64,000 nt of DNA from Candidatus Woesearchaeota archaeon. GTDB taxonomy: Archaea > Nanobdellota > Nanobdellia > SCGC-AAA011-G17 > JACPIM01. Location: the NCBI GenBank assembly GCA_964513145.1, contig CAZELK010000002.1:32001-96000 (forward strand), given 5' to 3'. The notes below the pieces were generated by a model. The model made no database searches, had not been told where the DNA came from, and saw only the letters and a program-made list of their open reading frames with translations. Positions within the stretch are counted from its first letter, which is position 1, and every line of letters begins with the position of its first letter. The position numbers and the translations under genes were made by a program. Positions 9,358 through 18,961 of the stretch are shown here, piece after piece.

Positions 9358-9640
9358 GTGGTACTCCTTTTATTGTAATAATGCTGTCTTCATGTATAAG
9401 ATGCAATTCTAAAGCCATGGCAACTATGTCCTTGCCAACAATATTAAAATTATCTGACTGTACTAAGACTTCTTTGGCTTTTTCACTATTTATTTTTTCT
9501 CCTTTATAAAAATCTTCTTTAACATCAAAAAAAAGATCTCCTTCCTCAAAAGTTTTCCCCAAAATTCCTTCATCACAAATAGCTGCTACTTCTCTGCCTA
9601 ATTTTTGATGAATTTTAACAAAAAACATTTTTTCTTCCAT
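9335..9640 (-). CDS. DUF424 family protein
   Basis: VAAICDEGILGK...FYKGE...NIVGK...GVPHAQ. Confidence 0.88.
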   Translation of the reverse strand: MEEKMFFVKIHQKLGREVAAICDEGILGKTFEEGDLFFDVKEDFYKGEKINSEKAKEVLVQSDNFNIVGKDIVAMALELHLIHEDSIITIKGVPHAQGVRL

Positions 9641-9672
9641 TTTAGATTAGGAGTTGATAAGAACCTTGGTTC

Positions 9673-10083
9673 TTATATTTTGGCTGTGACAGAATGCTTT
9701 GCTCCGCAAGCACTACACCTTAGAAATAAAAATCGGTCTTCTTTAATTAATTTCGTGTCAGGTTTGCCGCATTCTTTGCATAAAACAAAATTCTTGGCAA
9801 ATTGTTCTATTCTTTGGTTAATAAAATTAGAATTTAATTTTCTTCCAAAAATTAATCTTTGCCCGTCAATTTGTGCAGGCGTAGCTAATTCTTTTTGTAA
9901 ATATTTTAGAAGCTGTGCAGGTTCTCTGCCAAATGTATTACATATAGCTATGAAGTTTGTAACTATAGTCTTGTTCCCTTCTACATGTCCAGTAACTGTC
10001 GGGATTTCAAATCTCTCCTTTGTATTAACAATAGTTTTAGGAAGTTCATTTCTCGCTTTTTTCAATAATTCAACATATTCCAT
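9673..10083 (-). CDS. eif2b: Translation initiation factor aIF-2 beta subunit
   Basis: ERFEIP, GNKTIVTNF, KELAT, CKECGKPDT and CSACGA. Start taken at ATG 10083. Confidence 0.96.
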   Translation of the reverse strand: MEYVELLKKARNELPKTIVNTKERFEIPTVTGHVEGNKTIVTNFIAICNTFGREPAQLLKYLQKELATPAQIDGQRLIFGRKLNSNFINQRIEQFAKNFVLCKECGKPDTKLIKEDRFLFLRCSACGAKHSVTAKI

Positions 10084-10157
10084 AAAAACTCTAAAGAAAA
10101 GCACTTTTTAAAGGTTTTTAATGCAAGGGCTTTGCACATAACAGTAATTTTTCAAAA

Positions 10158-10535
10158 TTATTCAGTTAGTATTAATCCAAATTCTTTTAATCTTTCAAAA
10201 TGTTTTTTATTATTAGTTAATAATTCTATATTATTATCGATGCAAATTGCAGCTATAAATATATCTTTTAACTCTAGTATCTGCCCTTTTAATTCTAGCT
10301 TTCTTAAAATATCTCCTGCTAAAATAGATGATTCTTGATTAAACTCTAAAACATTAAGCCATTCAAAAAATTGGAAAATATCTTCTGAATTTTTTCTTCC
10401 ATACCATAATTCAAAAGTATTTATAGAAGTAGTAAACAAATCAGCATCTAAATTCTGAATCATTTTAATAGTTTCATTTTGATTTCTTAATATATTAATT
10501 AATACATCAGAATCTAGGCATACTTTTCTTGCCAT
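10158..10535 (-). CDS. vapC: VapC PIN-domain toxin
   Basis: CLDSDVLI...FEL...DIFIAAI...LLTNNKKHF. Confidence 0.92.
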   Translation of the reverse strand: MARKVCLDSDVLINILRNQNETIKMIQNLDADLFTTSINTFELWYGRKNSEDIFQFFEWLNVLEFNQESSILAGDILRKLELKGQILELKDIFIAAICIDNNIELLTNNKKHFERLKEFGLILTE

Positions 10536-10732
10536 TTCTTCCACATCTTTTCCAGATTAGAAATTCTTTTGCTATCAATTCCGTCAGTTCCTGCAAAAGA
10601 CAGAACCTTCTCCTTGTTAGTTTTGCTTTTATTTTCTATCATACTTCTAAGTAATTTTGAATAACTCTCATTTCCTTTCATTTTTTTAAGATTTTTGTAA
10701 ACATCATCTGATACACTTATTAATTTTGACAT
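10514..10732 (-). CDS. vapB: VapB-type antitoxin (UPF0330-like)
   Basis: KLISVSDDVYKNLKKMKGNESYSKLL, overlapping vapC. Confidence 0.85.
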   Translation of the reverse strand: MSKLISVSDDVYKNLKKMKGNESYSKLLRSMIENKSKTNKEKVLSFAGTDGIDSKRISNLEKMWKKWQEKYA

Positions 10733-10768
10733 AAAAATATAAATATATACATATATATATAAATATTT

Positions 10769-13700
10769 CTAAATCTTGCTAATAAATCCAACTTTGGGCT
10801 GGAATATTTCTCCTTCCCTTTTCATTTTTTCAAGAACTTCATCTATAACACTTTCTTCCAAGCCTTTCTCCCTGCACACGCTGATTATATCGTTAACAGG
10901 AATAGTCTTAATTCCATTTTTATCAAATTCATAAATAACTTCTCTTACTACAATTATTTTATTTCTTTGGCTTGTTGTAATTCCAGTAGCAAGAACATCA
11001 ACATCAAGTTTTCCTGTTTGTGGGTCAATTCCAACTTGATATAAACATTTTTTCAAAATTCTGATTGCTCTTTTTGCATCGTCCTTTGTTATTTTATTGC
11101 TTAATCTTATTTTAGCAGAAGCCTCACTTAATCTTATCAAAGCTTCTAATTGTCTAGCACTAATTGGTATTGGTTTTACATCATCCTTACTGCTGCCAGA
11201 ATTTCTAATACTAACATAAAAATTTCTAATTTCATCTTTTGCAACATCGCTCAATTTTGGAAAGACTTTATTTTTAGCATATGAAACATATTTTCTTAAT
11301 AAACTTGGCTCTATATCTGGTTCCATATTTCCTGTATTTCCATGAACATCTAAAATATGTGTAGCTATTTTAGCATCTAATTTTTCATCAGGTATATCTC
11401 TCATAGGAAAAATTAAATCAAATCTATTAATCAAAGCAGGGGGTAAATTAATTTGTGCGGCAATTGGCTGATAAGGATCAAATCTTCCTAATTTTGGATT
11501 TGCAGCAGCTAAAGCGCTGACTCTTGTTAACAAAGTAGCTTGAATATTTGCTTTGCTAAAACTAATTTGCTGTTGTTCTAAACCTTCGTGCAAAGCGCTG
11601 GTATCATCTTCATCCATTTTATCAAGTTCATCTAAAAAGATTGCTCCACCATTTGCTAAAGCCATTGCTCCGCCTTCCAAAGCCCATCCTTTTAAAAATT
11701 CATCTTTGACTATTGCACCAGTCAATCCCGCAGCCGAAGCTGACTTACCAGAAACATATCTTGCTTTTGGTGCAACTTTAGACATATACATAAGTAAAGA
11801 AGAATTATGACAATAAAAATTATTAGCAACAAAATTATGAACTTTATCAACAGTTAAATCATAAACAAATTCTTCTTCAGATTTTATTTTTTCTACAGAT
11901 TGAATTTTATCCCAAAATATACTTGAGTAAGCTAAATAGTATAAACGAAGTATTCCTTGTTTCAAAGCAAAATCATTAACTATTCCTTTTATTAAACTTA
12001 AAAGAGATTCATTAATATATGATTGTTGTACTGGCCTAATTTTTTCTAACTCATAATGTGAAATTAAAGTTTGGGAACAATTAACAGAATTCGCTAAAGT
12101 TGCTTGACTAGTGTATAGATCTTCTCTTAAGCTTTTTGAATCAAATTCTTGTTTTTTTAAAACTGAAATCAAATAAGAATATCGTTCACTTACAGCAGTT
12201 AAGATTTTTCTTAAAGAATTTCTCGAAGGATTTCTATCTCCTCTTTCAAAATGTTGGTAAGTGGTTCTAGGAATACCAAATTCAAACTGAGTTAATTTTA
12301 ATTTTTTTCTTACTGATTTAAGAATTTTAGGTAATCCAGGTATAACATCAATATTAGTATTATAAGTTTGATCAGGATTATTTATTGAATTAATCAATTT
12401 TCTTTGTTTTTCAGAAGAATTAAAACCTATCTTACTAGAATATTTTAAAACTTCTTTTCCAGATACAGTTAAAATCCAATAAGGTCTTTTTATTTTGGCT
12501 TTTGTATTAGTGGCACAGGCTATAGTTTTATGAGTTTGTGAAATAATATTAAACCTTAATAATAAAGTCTTTAAATCATAAATTAAATCCTTACTAGCAG
12601 AAGAAACTTTTACCTCTCTTTTATCTTCCACAACAGTAGCTTCACCGTCAAAATAACTTTTTAAAAACTCTTTAACAATTGAGTTTGGAGATTTTTGAAT
12701 TATTTTTGGTACTTGTTTATGTTTAGCTCTCATAATTAAGCTAGGTTCTATTTTCTCAAAAAATCTTAAAAACTCAATTGATGAAACATCTAATTCAGAA
12801 GCAATTTTTCCTTTTCTAGGTTTTTTAAATCTAGGTTCAATATTAAAAATTTTTTTTACTAAGAAACTATAATCATCTAATAAAATTTTATCTTCATTAG
12901 TGAAAGCAGTTCGTCCAGTAGTTTCTTCATAATTCATATAAGTTTCTGAAGTTAAATATCCTAATAATCTTGCTAATTCAGGACTGCAAAATTTAGGAAT
13001 TTTAATATGTGTACCATTATGAGCTGAAGTTCTCTCTATATCAAAATCTATTTTTTGAAATTCTGTATTAAGTTTTAGATTTCTGGGGCTTGCAATAAAA
13101 TCTCCTTTTTTTAATTCTTCACTTCTTTTAGAAAAAACAATTCCATTTTCAGTTAAAAACATCGGGTGTGTTGGAGAAACAGTAATCTCATTGCCAGTCT
13201 CAGTTATTATTTTATATAAAAATTCAGGAGCTTTTCTTTTCCAAACAGCATTGCATAAACCAGTATAATTTCTATAATCAAATCCTAAAGAAGATAAAGA
13301 AAAATTAGTTTTATTAAAAACTCCATCATCACATTTCTCAAAATTATTTAAATTTTCATCAACTAAATATTTTATTTCTTTAATTGAACCATCTTTTAAA
13401 ATAACTTTCGTATCTCCTTTTACACACTTGGATGATCCTGGATCACCTACCAATAAAATATGTATATCTCCCCTGTTCCATGTGCCGTCTTTTCTTTCCT
13501 TCCTTACTCCACCCATTAATTGCAATGATAAGGCTTCTTTAATATCAGCATGACCGTAAATTGATGGAGCAATACTTCCAATAAATTTATCATAAATTTT
13601 TGGATTCTTGCTTAAGGAAATAATTTTTTCTTCCTCTTCTTTGTCAATTATAAGCTCTTCAAAAGTTTCTTCAAGAGGTTCAATAAAATTAGAGTCCATC

Positions 13701-14419
13701 ATCAAATCATATTTTGTGCTTGCAGCTCCAGTTCTTAGTAAAATAGGAACTTCTTTTACAACTCCATTTACTCGTACTTTGCTTCCTGGGGTGGTTTTTC
13801 TTTCCATTATAGGCTCAACTAAATCTTCCTTTAAAAATATACTGAGTCTTTTTGGCTGTTCACCGCCTTGCAAACTATCAGGGCTTTCTTCAAGAACAAG
13901 TCTTTGTGCATCAACTAATTCTTTGCTCAATAATCTGAATCTCCCTTTTTTTCCACAAGTACATCTATAGGGTTCTTTAAATTTAGCATCTAATTGTAAA
14001 ATAGAAATTGAATTTCCACAACTAGGGCATTCAAACTTTGCGCTTGTAACTTGTGGTCTTACATCCGAAGCTTGTCTTACTATCCCTTCAATAATTAAAA
14101 ATTGTCCTAAGTGTTCGCTTCTTACATCTTTAATTTTTATTTTTTGGTTTACAGGCAAATTAAAAAATCTAATTCTTAAATACCTGTCAATTTCAAAATT
14201 TTCTAATGATAACTCAAAAGCCTTGATAGTTTCTTCAGGCTCATCCAATAATTGGTCAGCCAATTGGTGATCGTATTCTGCAAGCTTGGAGAAATCAATA
14301 AGTAAAAATTTTTTTCCAGTTAAAATAGCCTGGTTAATTTGATCTCTATAATTCTGATCTATAAAATCATTAAACTTCTCTACTTGCTCAATAACATCAT
14401 TCACCAAATCTTCCCCCAA
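10769..14419 (-). CDS. mcm: Replicative helicase MCM containing one intein (about 675 aa after splicing)
   Basis: Zn finger CPSC, Walker A GDPGSSK|S, Walker B LDELDKM, AAANPK and Arg finger INRFDL. Confidence 0.98.
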   Translation of the reverse strand: MGEDLVNDVIEQVEKFNDFIDQNYRDQINQAILTGKKFLLIDFSKLAEYDHQLADQLLDEPEETIKAFELSLENFEIDRYLRIRFFNLPVNQKIKIKDVRSEHLGQFLIIEGIVRQASDVRPQVTSAKFECPSCGNSISILQLDAKFKEPYRCTCGKKGRFRLLSKELVDAQRLVLEESPDSLQGGEQPKRLSIFLKEDLVEPIMERKTTPGSKVRVNGVVKEVPILLRTGAASTKYDLMMDSNFIEPLEETFEELIIDKEEEEKIISLSKNPKIYDKFIGSIAPSIYGHADIKEALSLQLMGGVRKERKDGTWNRGDIHILLVGDPGSSKCVKGDTKVILKDGSIKEIKYLVDENLNNFEKCDDGVFNKTNFSLSSLGFDYRNYTGLCNAVWKRKAPEFLYKIITETGNEITVSPTHPMFLTENGIVFSKRSEELKKGDFIASPRNLKLNTEFQKIDFDIERTSAHNGTHIKIPKFCSPELARLLGYLTSETYMNYEETTGRTAFTNEDKILLDDYSFLVKKIFNIEPRFKKPRKGKIASELDVSSIEFLRFFEKIEPSLIMRAKHKQVPKIIQKSPNSIVKEFLKSYFDGEATVVEDKREVKVSSASKDLIYDLKTLLLRFNIISQTHKTIACATNTKAKIKRPYWILTVSGKEVLKYSSKIGFNSSEKQRKLINSINNPDQTYNTNIDVIPGLPKILKSVRKKLKLTQFEFGIPRTTYQHFERGDRNPSRNSLRKILTAVSERYSYLISVLKKQEFDSKSLREDLYTSQATLANSVNCSQTLISHYELEKIRPVQQSYINESLLSLIKGIVNDFALKQGILRLYYLAYSSIFWDKIQSVEKIKSEEEFVYDLTVDKVHNFVANNFYCHNSSLLMYMSKVAPKARYVSGKSASAAGLTGAIVKDEFLKGWALEGGAMALANGGAIFLDELDKMDEDDTSALHEGLEQQQISFSKANIQATLLTRVSALAAANPKLGRFDPYQPIAAQINLPPALINRFDLIFPMRDIPDEKLDAKIATHILDVHGNTGNMEPDIEPSLLRKYVSYAKNKVFPKLSDVAKDEIRNFYVSIRNSGSSKDDVKPIPISARQLEALIRLSEASAKIRLSNKITKDDAKRAIRILKKCLYQVGIDPQTGKLDVDVLATGITTSQRNKIIVVREVIYEFDKNGIKTIPVNDIISVCREKGLEESVIDEVLEKMKREGEIFQPKVGFISKI
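11804..13426 (-). mobile_element. Intein in MCM (541 aa; Hint + LAGLIDADG + two XRE-like HTH motifs)
   Basis: Begins CVKGDT after the Walker A Lys and ends VHNFVANNFYCHN|S. LAGLIDADG-like blocks LGYLTSE and FLKSYFDGEA. Confidence 0.95.
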
Positions 14420-14509
14420 TATATTAAATTACAATAGATAATTCACTTGTTTATATAATTTCTGTAAAGATTTTTATAATTACTGAAAATATTCCTAAGA
14501 AGTCGTAAA

Positions 14510-15442
14510 TTATTCAAATTCCTTTGCAAAACTTTCTAAATCCATAAAATTCATTAGTGTGTCTCCTTTAGAAGATATAGACTCGAAAAACAACAAGCTG
14601 GCATAATTTTTACTTAGTTTCTTCATCCATTTTCTTCCTATGCCAAAAGCTACAGAATGACCGACTAATTCATTTGCCAGCCTGTCTTCTAATAAAGGGT
14701 ATCTTTCCATATAATTTTTTAAATCTAAAGAATGTTTTTTAAATTCTTTTCCTGCATCAGTTAGTATCCAGTCTAAACCCTTTCCAGTTTTCTTTTGAAC
14801 ATTTGAAATTATATTTTTTACAAAATAATATACTATGACTGCAAAAATTAGTAAAGGTAATGTAAAAAAAGCTATTTGTGGAATAAATATAGATATTATA
14901 AAAAGAAAAATTAGTGATGCTATTATTGCCCATTTCGGGATTATTTTTATATTTTCAATATTTATTGGTTTATTGGAATTTTTAATTGAATATTTATCAT
15001 AAGATTTAACTTTTAAATCAACTTTTAAACCCCTATGCTTATCAGAGAATTCTTTAATTGCATCTTTTATATGTTTTGTCATTTTTTTCTGGAAATCTTT
15101 ATCAACAACGCCTTCAGTTATCATGCCATTTGTTATTATTTTTATTAATTCCTTGAATTTGGTACTATAGGCTATAATCCCCATTTCATCAAAAGTTAGT
15201 GATTCTTTACTGCCAAAAATTATTTTTATAAATTTATTTTCAAAATCTTTGGCTGGTTTTTTGTTTGTCATGATAATATGTTTGCCAACAACATTTAGAT
15301 TTCCTTTTACAATAAGATCCAGAATTGTGGCAGTAATTTCTCTGGGTCCAATAGACCAATCTACCAATACGCCAGAAAACCCAGGAGGAATTTTACTTAA
15401 TTTGTGAAAATTTAAATTTGATATATCATGAGAATCAGTCAT
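14510..15442 (-). CDS. DUF2207-like membrane protein
   Basis: ITATILDLIVKGNL motif, two TM helices and AVAFGIG-type C-terminal region. Confidence 0.7.
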   Translation of the reverse strand: MTDSHDISNLNFHKLSKIPPGFSGVLVDWSIGPREITATILDLIVKGNLNVVGKHIIMTNKKPAKDFENKFIKIIFGSKESLTFDEMGIIAYSTKFKELIKIITNGMITEGVVDKDFQKKMTKHIKDAIKEFSDKHRGLKVDLKVKSYDKYSIKNSNKPINIENIKIIPKWAIIASLIFLFIISIFIPQIAFFTLPLLIFAVIVYYFVKNIISNVQKKTGKGLDWILTDAGKEFKKHSLDLKNYMERYPLLEDRLANELVGHSVAFGIGRKWMKKLSKNYASLLFFESISSKGDTLMNFMDLESFAKEFE

Positions 15443-15455
15443 TTAATTTATATAT

Positions 15456-16013
15456 TTATTTTTTCTTGACAATTTTATTCAGATTTTTAACAAGCATGTC
15501 TACTGCTTCTCTTAATTTACCTTCGCTTCTTGTTCCTGTACAAACAATTTTTCCATTGCTAAATAATAAAAAAGTAGCCCTAGTTCCTTCCAATTTATAA
15601 ACCAAGCCAGGAAACTGCTCTGGTTCATATTCAGTGTTTTCTAAATCCAAAGCCAAAGAATTTAAATTTAAATCCATGTGAATGCTTCCAGAAGCAACCA
15701 TGTTCTGGACTTTAATTTGTGGAAAAGTTGTTATTCTTATTTTTATCTTTTCTATATTTTTAATAATAGCCTGGACAGCTAATTTAACCTTAGCCATTGA
15801 CTTTGCGCCTGTACAGACTATTTTTCCTGAACTAAAAATCAAGGCAGAAGTCTTAGGTTCTTTAATCCTCATTACCAATCCTGGAAATTGCTCAGGATTA
15901 TATTCTGTATTAGGCAATGCCTCTGCTAATTTTATTAATGGGATATCATGCCCCAAAGAAGCTGAAGCCACTATATTCTGTATTTTTATTTCTTTTTTAG
16001 CCATTTTATTCAT
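15456..16013 (-). CDS. tbp: TATA-box-binding protein
   Basis: Two repeats, EYNPEQFPGLV and EYEPEQFPGLV, each with FSxGKIVCTG. Confidence 0.98.
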   Translation of the reverse strand: MNKMAKKEIKIQNIVASASLGHDIPLIKLAEALPNTEYNPEQFPGLVMRIKEPKTSALIFSSGKIVCTGAKSMAKVKLAVQAIIKNIEKIKIRITTFPQIKVQNMVASGSIHMDLNLNSLALDLENTEYEPEQFPGLVYKLEGTRATFLLFSNGKIVCTGTRSEGKLREAVDMLVKNLNKIVKKK

Positions 16014-16061
16014 TTATAAATAGCTGAAAAGATTTATAAACCTTCGCCAAAAAAATAACTT

Positions 16062-17417
16062 CTATAACCTCTTTATAACTGGTTCTTTTTTAGTATCCTC
16101 AATAATATAGCCTTCCCTTTTAATCAAGTCTCTTAATCTGTCAGATTCTTTGAAATTTTTTTTCTTTCTAGCTTCTTCTCTTTTTTTAACCAGTTCTTTG
16201 ATTTCTCTCGGAATTTCTAGTTTCTCAAAATCCAAAAACCCAAAAAAAGTATTTATTTCTTCAAAGAATTTTAGGACTTTTTTGCCTCCAGAATTAATTT
16301 TGTTCAAATCCCTAATTAAGTTAAAAACAACAGCCAAGGCATTGGGTGTATCTAAATCATCATCCATAAATTTAAAAAATTCTTTTTTATATTTTAACAA
16401 AAGTTTGTTTGATTCTTTTGTATCTTTTCCATTCTTTAATTTCAAAATAAAATCCTGAATTCTTTGTAGGGAATTTTTAGCATCATTCATCAATTCTTCA
16501 GAATATTCAATTGAAGATCTGTAATTATGTGATAAATAAAAGTATCTTATTAATTTGAAATCATATTTTCCTAAAAAATCTCTCAAAGAAATAATATTGC
16601 CCAAAGATTTGGACATTTTACTTTTTTTCATATTTAAAAAAGCAGTATGTACCCAGTACTTAACCAAGGGTTTTCCAGAAATAGCTTCCATCTGTGAAAT
16701 TTCTGCTTCATGGTGCGGGAAAATTAAATCAACAGCCCCACCATGCATATCATATTGTGCGCCAAAAAAACTCTCAGTTATTGCAGTATCTTCTATATGC
16801 CAGCCAGGTCTTCCTTTAAAATTATCCATTTCCCAATATGGTTCATTTTCTTTCTTAAATTTCCATAAACAAAAATCCGCTTTATTTCTTTTTTCAGAAT
16901 TTTCATCTATTCTCGAAACTCCATCCTCAGCTTCTTGAATTGTTCTTCTTGCTAATTTTCCATAATCTTTAAATTTAGTGACATCAAAGTAATATCCATC
17001 AGAAATCTTGTAAGCGTATCCATTTTCAATTAATCTTTTTACTTGTGACACAATTTGAGAAATATAGTTAGTCGCACTAGCATATTTAGTTACAGAATCT
17101 ATATTTAGTTTTTTTATATCTTCAAAATAGGCTTTCTCATATTTTTCAGACAGTTGTTTCCAAGTTAGTTTTTCTTCCTTTGCTTTACTAATTATTTTAT
17201 CATCTATATCGGTAATATTCTGCAGATAAAAGACATTATATTTTTTAAATCTTAAATATTTAACAATAAAATCAAATTGAGTATAAGTTTTTGCATTACC
17301 AATATGAATATAAGAATAAGTTGTTGGACCGCATACAAACATATTTATTTTTTTTCCATACAGTGGCTTAAAAACTTCTTTTTTTCTTGTTAAAGTGTTA
17401 AATAATTTTAAGACCAT
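16062..17417 (-). CDS. cysS: Cysteine--tRNA ligase
   Basis: CGPT, HIGN, GRPGWHIE, DLIFPHHE and MSKSLGN. Confidence 0.97.
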   Translation of the reverse strand: MVLKLFNTLTRKKEVFKPLYGKKINMFVCGPTTYSYIHIGNAKTYTQFDFIVKYLRFKKYNVFYLQNITDIDDKIISKAKEEKLTWKQLSEKYEKAYFEDIKKLNIDSVTKYASATNYISQIVSQVKRLIENGYAYKISDGYYFDVTKFKDYGKLARRTIQEAEDGVSRIDENSEKRNKADFCLWKFKKENEPYWEMDNFKGRPGWHIEDTAITESFFGAQYDMHGGAVDLIFPHHEAEISQMEAISGKPLVKYWVHTAFLNMKKSKMSKSLGNIISLRDFLGKYDFKLIRYFYLSHNYRSSIEYSEELMNDAKNSLQRIQDFILKLKNGKDTKESNKLLLKYKKEFFKFMDDDLDTPNALAVVFNLIRDLNKINSGGKKVLKFFEEINTFFGFLDFEKLEIPREIKELVKKREEARKKKNFKESDRLRDLIKREGYIIEDTKKEPVIKRL

Positions 17418-17451
17418 AAGAATAAAACCAATTACTTATTTATATTATTTT

Positions 17452-17991
17452 TTAATTAAAAAGACCCTGGTTTTTTACTACAGTAACAACCAAAGATTCA
17501 GAATTATCCCCTTTGATTGTAGGAACATCAATATTACATACTTTTACGCCCAAAGCTCCGCCCTTGTCCTTGACAATTAATTTTATGTCAACTTGTTTTC
17601 CAGATTGAAGCGGATATTCTTTGGATTCTGTTTTTAATGTATCAGCAAATAAGCATTCTAAGGTTTTGTCAGAACTAGTTACTCTAGCTTTGACATTTAA
17701 AGTAGTTTCTTCAAAATCAGTAACTATAAATTGCACAATTTGCGAAGATTCTTGTTCTAATTCAATAGATGGGGGGGAAACATATACTGTTTTGTCAACT
17801 TCCTTGAAAATGTCAGATATAGCCCCGTCAGCCTTTTCAAAAGCCCCTTGCGAGAGTCTGTTTATATTCTTAAAAGTCCCCCTAACCCAGATCAAGCCCA
17901 AACTCAATAAAGTAATACCTAAAATAATAACAATAATAGTAGTCATAGAAAGTTCTATTGCCCCTTTTTTTTGAAAACTCTTTTTTCGCAT
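17452..17991 (-). CDS. Pilin-like protein with class III signal peptide
   Basis: KKG|AIELS followed by a hydrophobic helix (prepilin-peptidase type site) and a beta-rich C-terminus. Confidence 0.7.
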   Translation of the reverse strand: MRKKSFQKKGAIELSMTTIIVIILGITLLSLGLIWVRGTFKNINRLSQGAFEKADGAISDIFKEVDKTVYVSPPSIELEQESSQIVQFIVTDFEETTLNVKARVTSSDKTLECLFADTLKTESKEYPLQSGKQVDIKLIVKDKGGALGVKVCNIDVPTIKGDNSESLVVTVVKNQGLFN

Positions 17992-18099
17992 CTATTTATT
18001 GATAACTTAATATATTAATAAAGTTTTCTTTCAAAATTGATTTTGTTTATTGTAAGTTTTTGACTAGACTTGAAACATTTTCTTTTGAAGAAAAGCTTA

Positions 18100-18223
18100 T
18101 GGGCCCGGAGTGATTTGAACACCCGACATATACGGCTTCAGCGTATTGCTCTCCTTAGCCACTCTTCTTAGTTTTTTTGATTAAACTTTTTTCTAAAAAG
18201 TTTACAGGCTGAGCTACGGGCCC
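18100..18223 (-). tRNA. tRNA-Phe(GAA) with a 50-nt D-loop intron (18155-18204, position 18/19)
   Basis: Anticodon arm ATACG-CT-GAA-GC-CGTAT. BHB: AGCC-TG|T pairs with GGCT-AA|G. Splicing yields GCTCAGCCTGGGAGAGC. Confidence 0.93.
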
Positions 18224-18309
18224 GAAAAGAAAAATTAGAAGAAGGTATTTAAAGATTTCCAAGAAGGTAACGTAAAATTTATATAGTATTTTATACTATA
18301 AAATATTGA

Positions 18310-18519
18310 ATGGTTCACTTCAAAGAGATAAAGGCAACAGAACACTATAAAAATGAACATGAAAGAGAAGTTCCATTTGACAAAGTTATTGAAATAATCT
18401 TGTCTACAAAAAACCCAAGGAAAAAAGAAGATAAATTTGAAATTGAAAAAGAAGGTTACTATATATTGTTTGAAATACAAAACAATATTTTATATGTAAT
18501 AAATGCCAAAAAAACTTAG
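18310..18519 (+). CDS. Small putative toxin (DUF4258/BrnT-like)
   Basis: IKATEH...YYILFE...LYVINAK; overlaps the next gene. Confidence 0.5.
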   Translation: MVHFKEIKATEHYKNEHEREVPFDKVIEIILSTKNPRKKEDKFEIEKEGYYILFEIQNNILYVINAKKT

Positions 18520-18844
18520 GAGAGTAAAAATGAAATGTCCAAATTGTAGTTCGGAATTAAAAAAGGTAAAGGTAAAGGTAGAGAGAGCTAAAAATCCAGT
18601 CATAAGCCATCAATGTACTAATTGTGATTATTTTGAATTTGAAGAAGAATCATCAAAAAGAGTTATAGAAGAATTAAGAGAAAGTCCTCTAAAAATAAAA
18701 CAAAAAATTGTAAAAATATCACAAGATAAATTAGGAATCTATTTTAATAGTAACATTATAAGAAGTTTAGAATTAAAAAAGGGTGAAGAGATTTATATTT
18801 CTGTTCCCGATAAAAAGCATATTGTTTTAGAATTAAAAAAATAA
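18503..18844 (+). CDS. Zn-ribbon (YgiT/MqsA-type) plus AbrB-like domain protein, putative antitoxin
   Basis: CPNC...CTNC, then KIVKISQDKLGIYFNSNIIRSLELKKGEEI. Confidence 0.7.
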   Translation: MPKKLRRVKMKCPNCSSELKKVKVKVERAKNPVISHQCTNCDYFEFEEESSKRVIEELRESPLKIKQKIVKISQDKLGIYFNSNIIRSLELKKGEEIYISVPDKKHIVLELKK

Positions 18845-18961
18845 TCTAAAGGTATTCCCTGTAGTATAATCAATTTTAGTTCTCCATGATAGCTTTTTTA
18901 AGATTATTATTTAATTAATTTTTTAGTGAAGTTTTCCGTTAATGCTTTTCGCAAAATGGTT

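Noticed and set aside
10733-10768. TA-dinucleotide run upstream of vapB
   Set aside because: Low-complexity promoter or operator-like sequence; not distinguishable from background.
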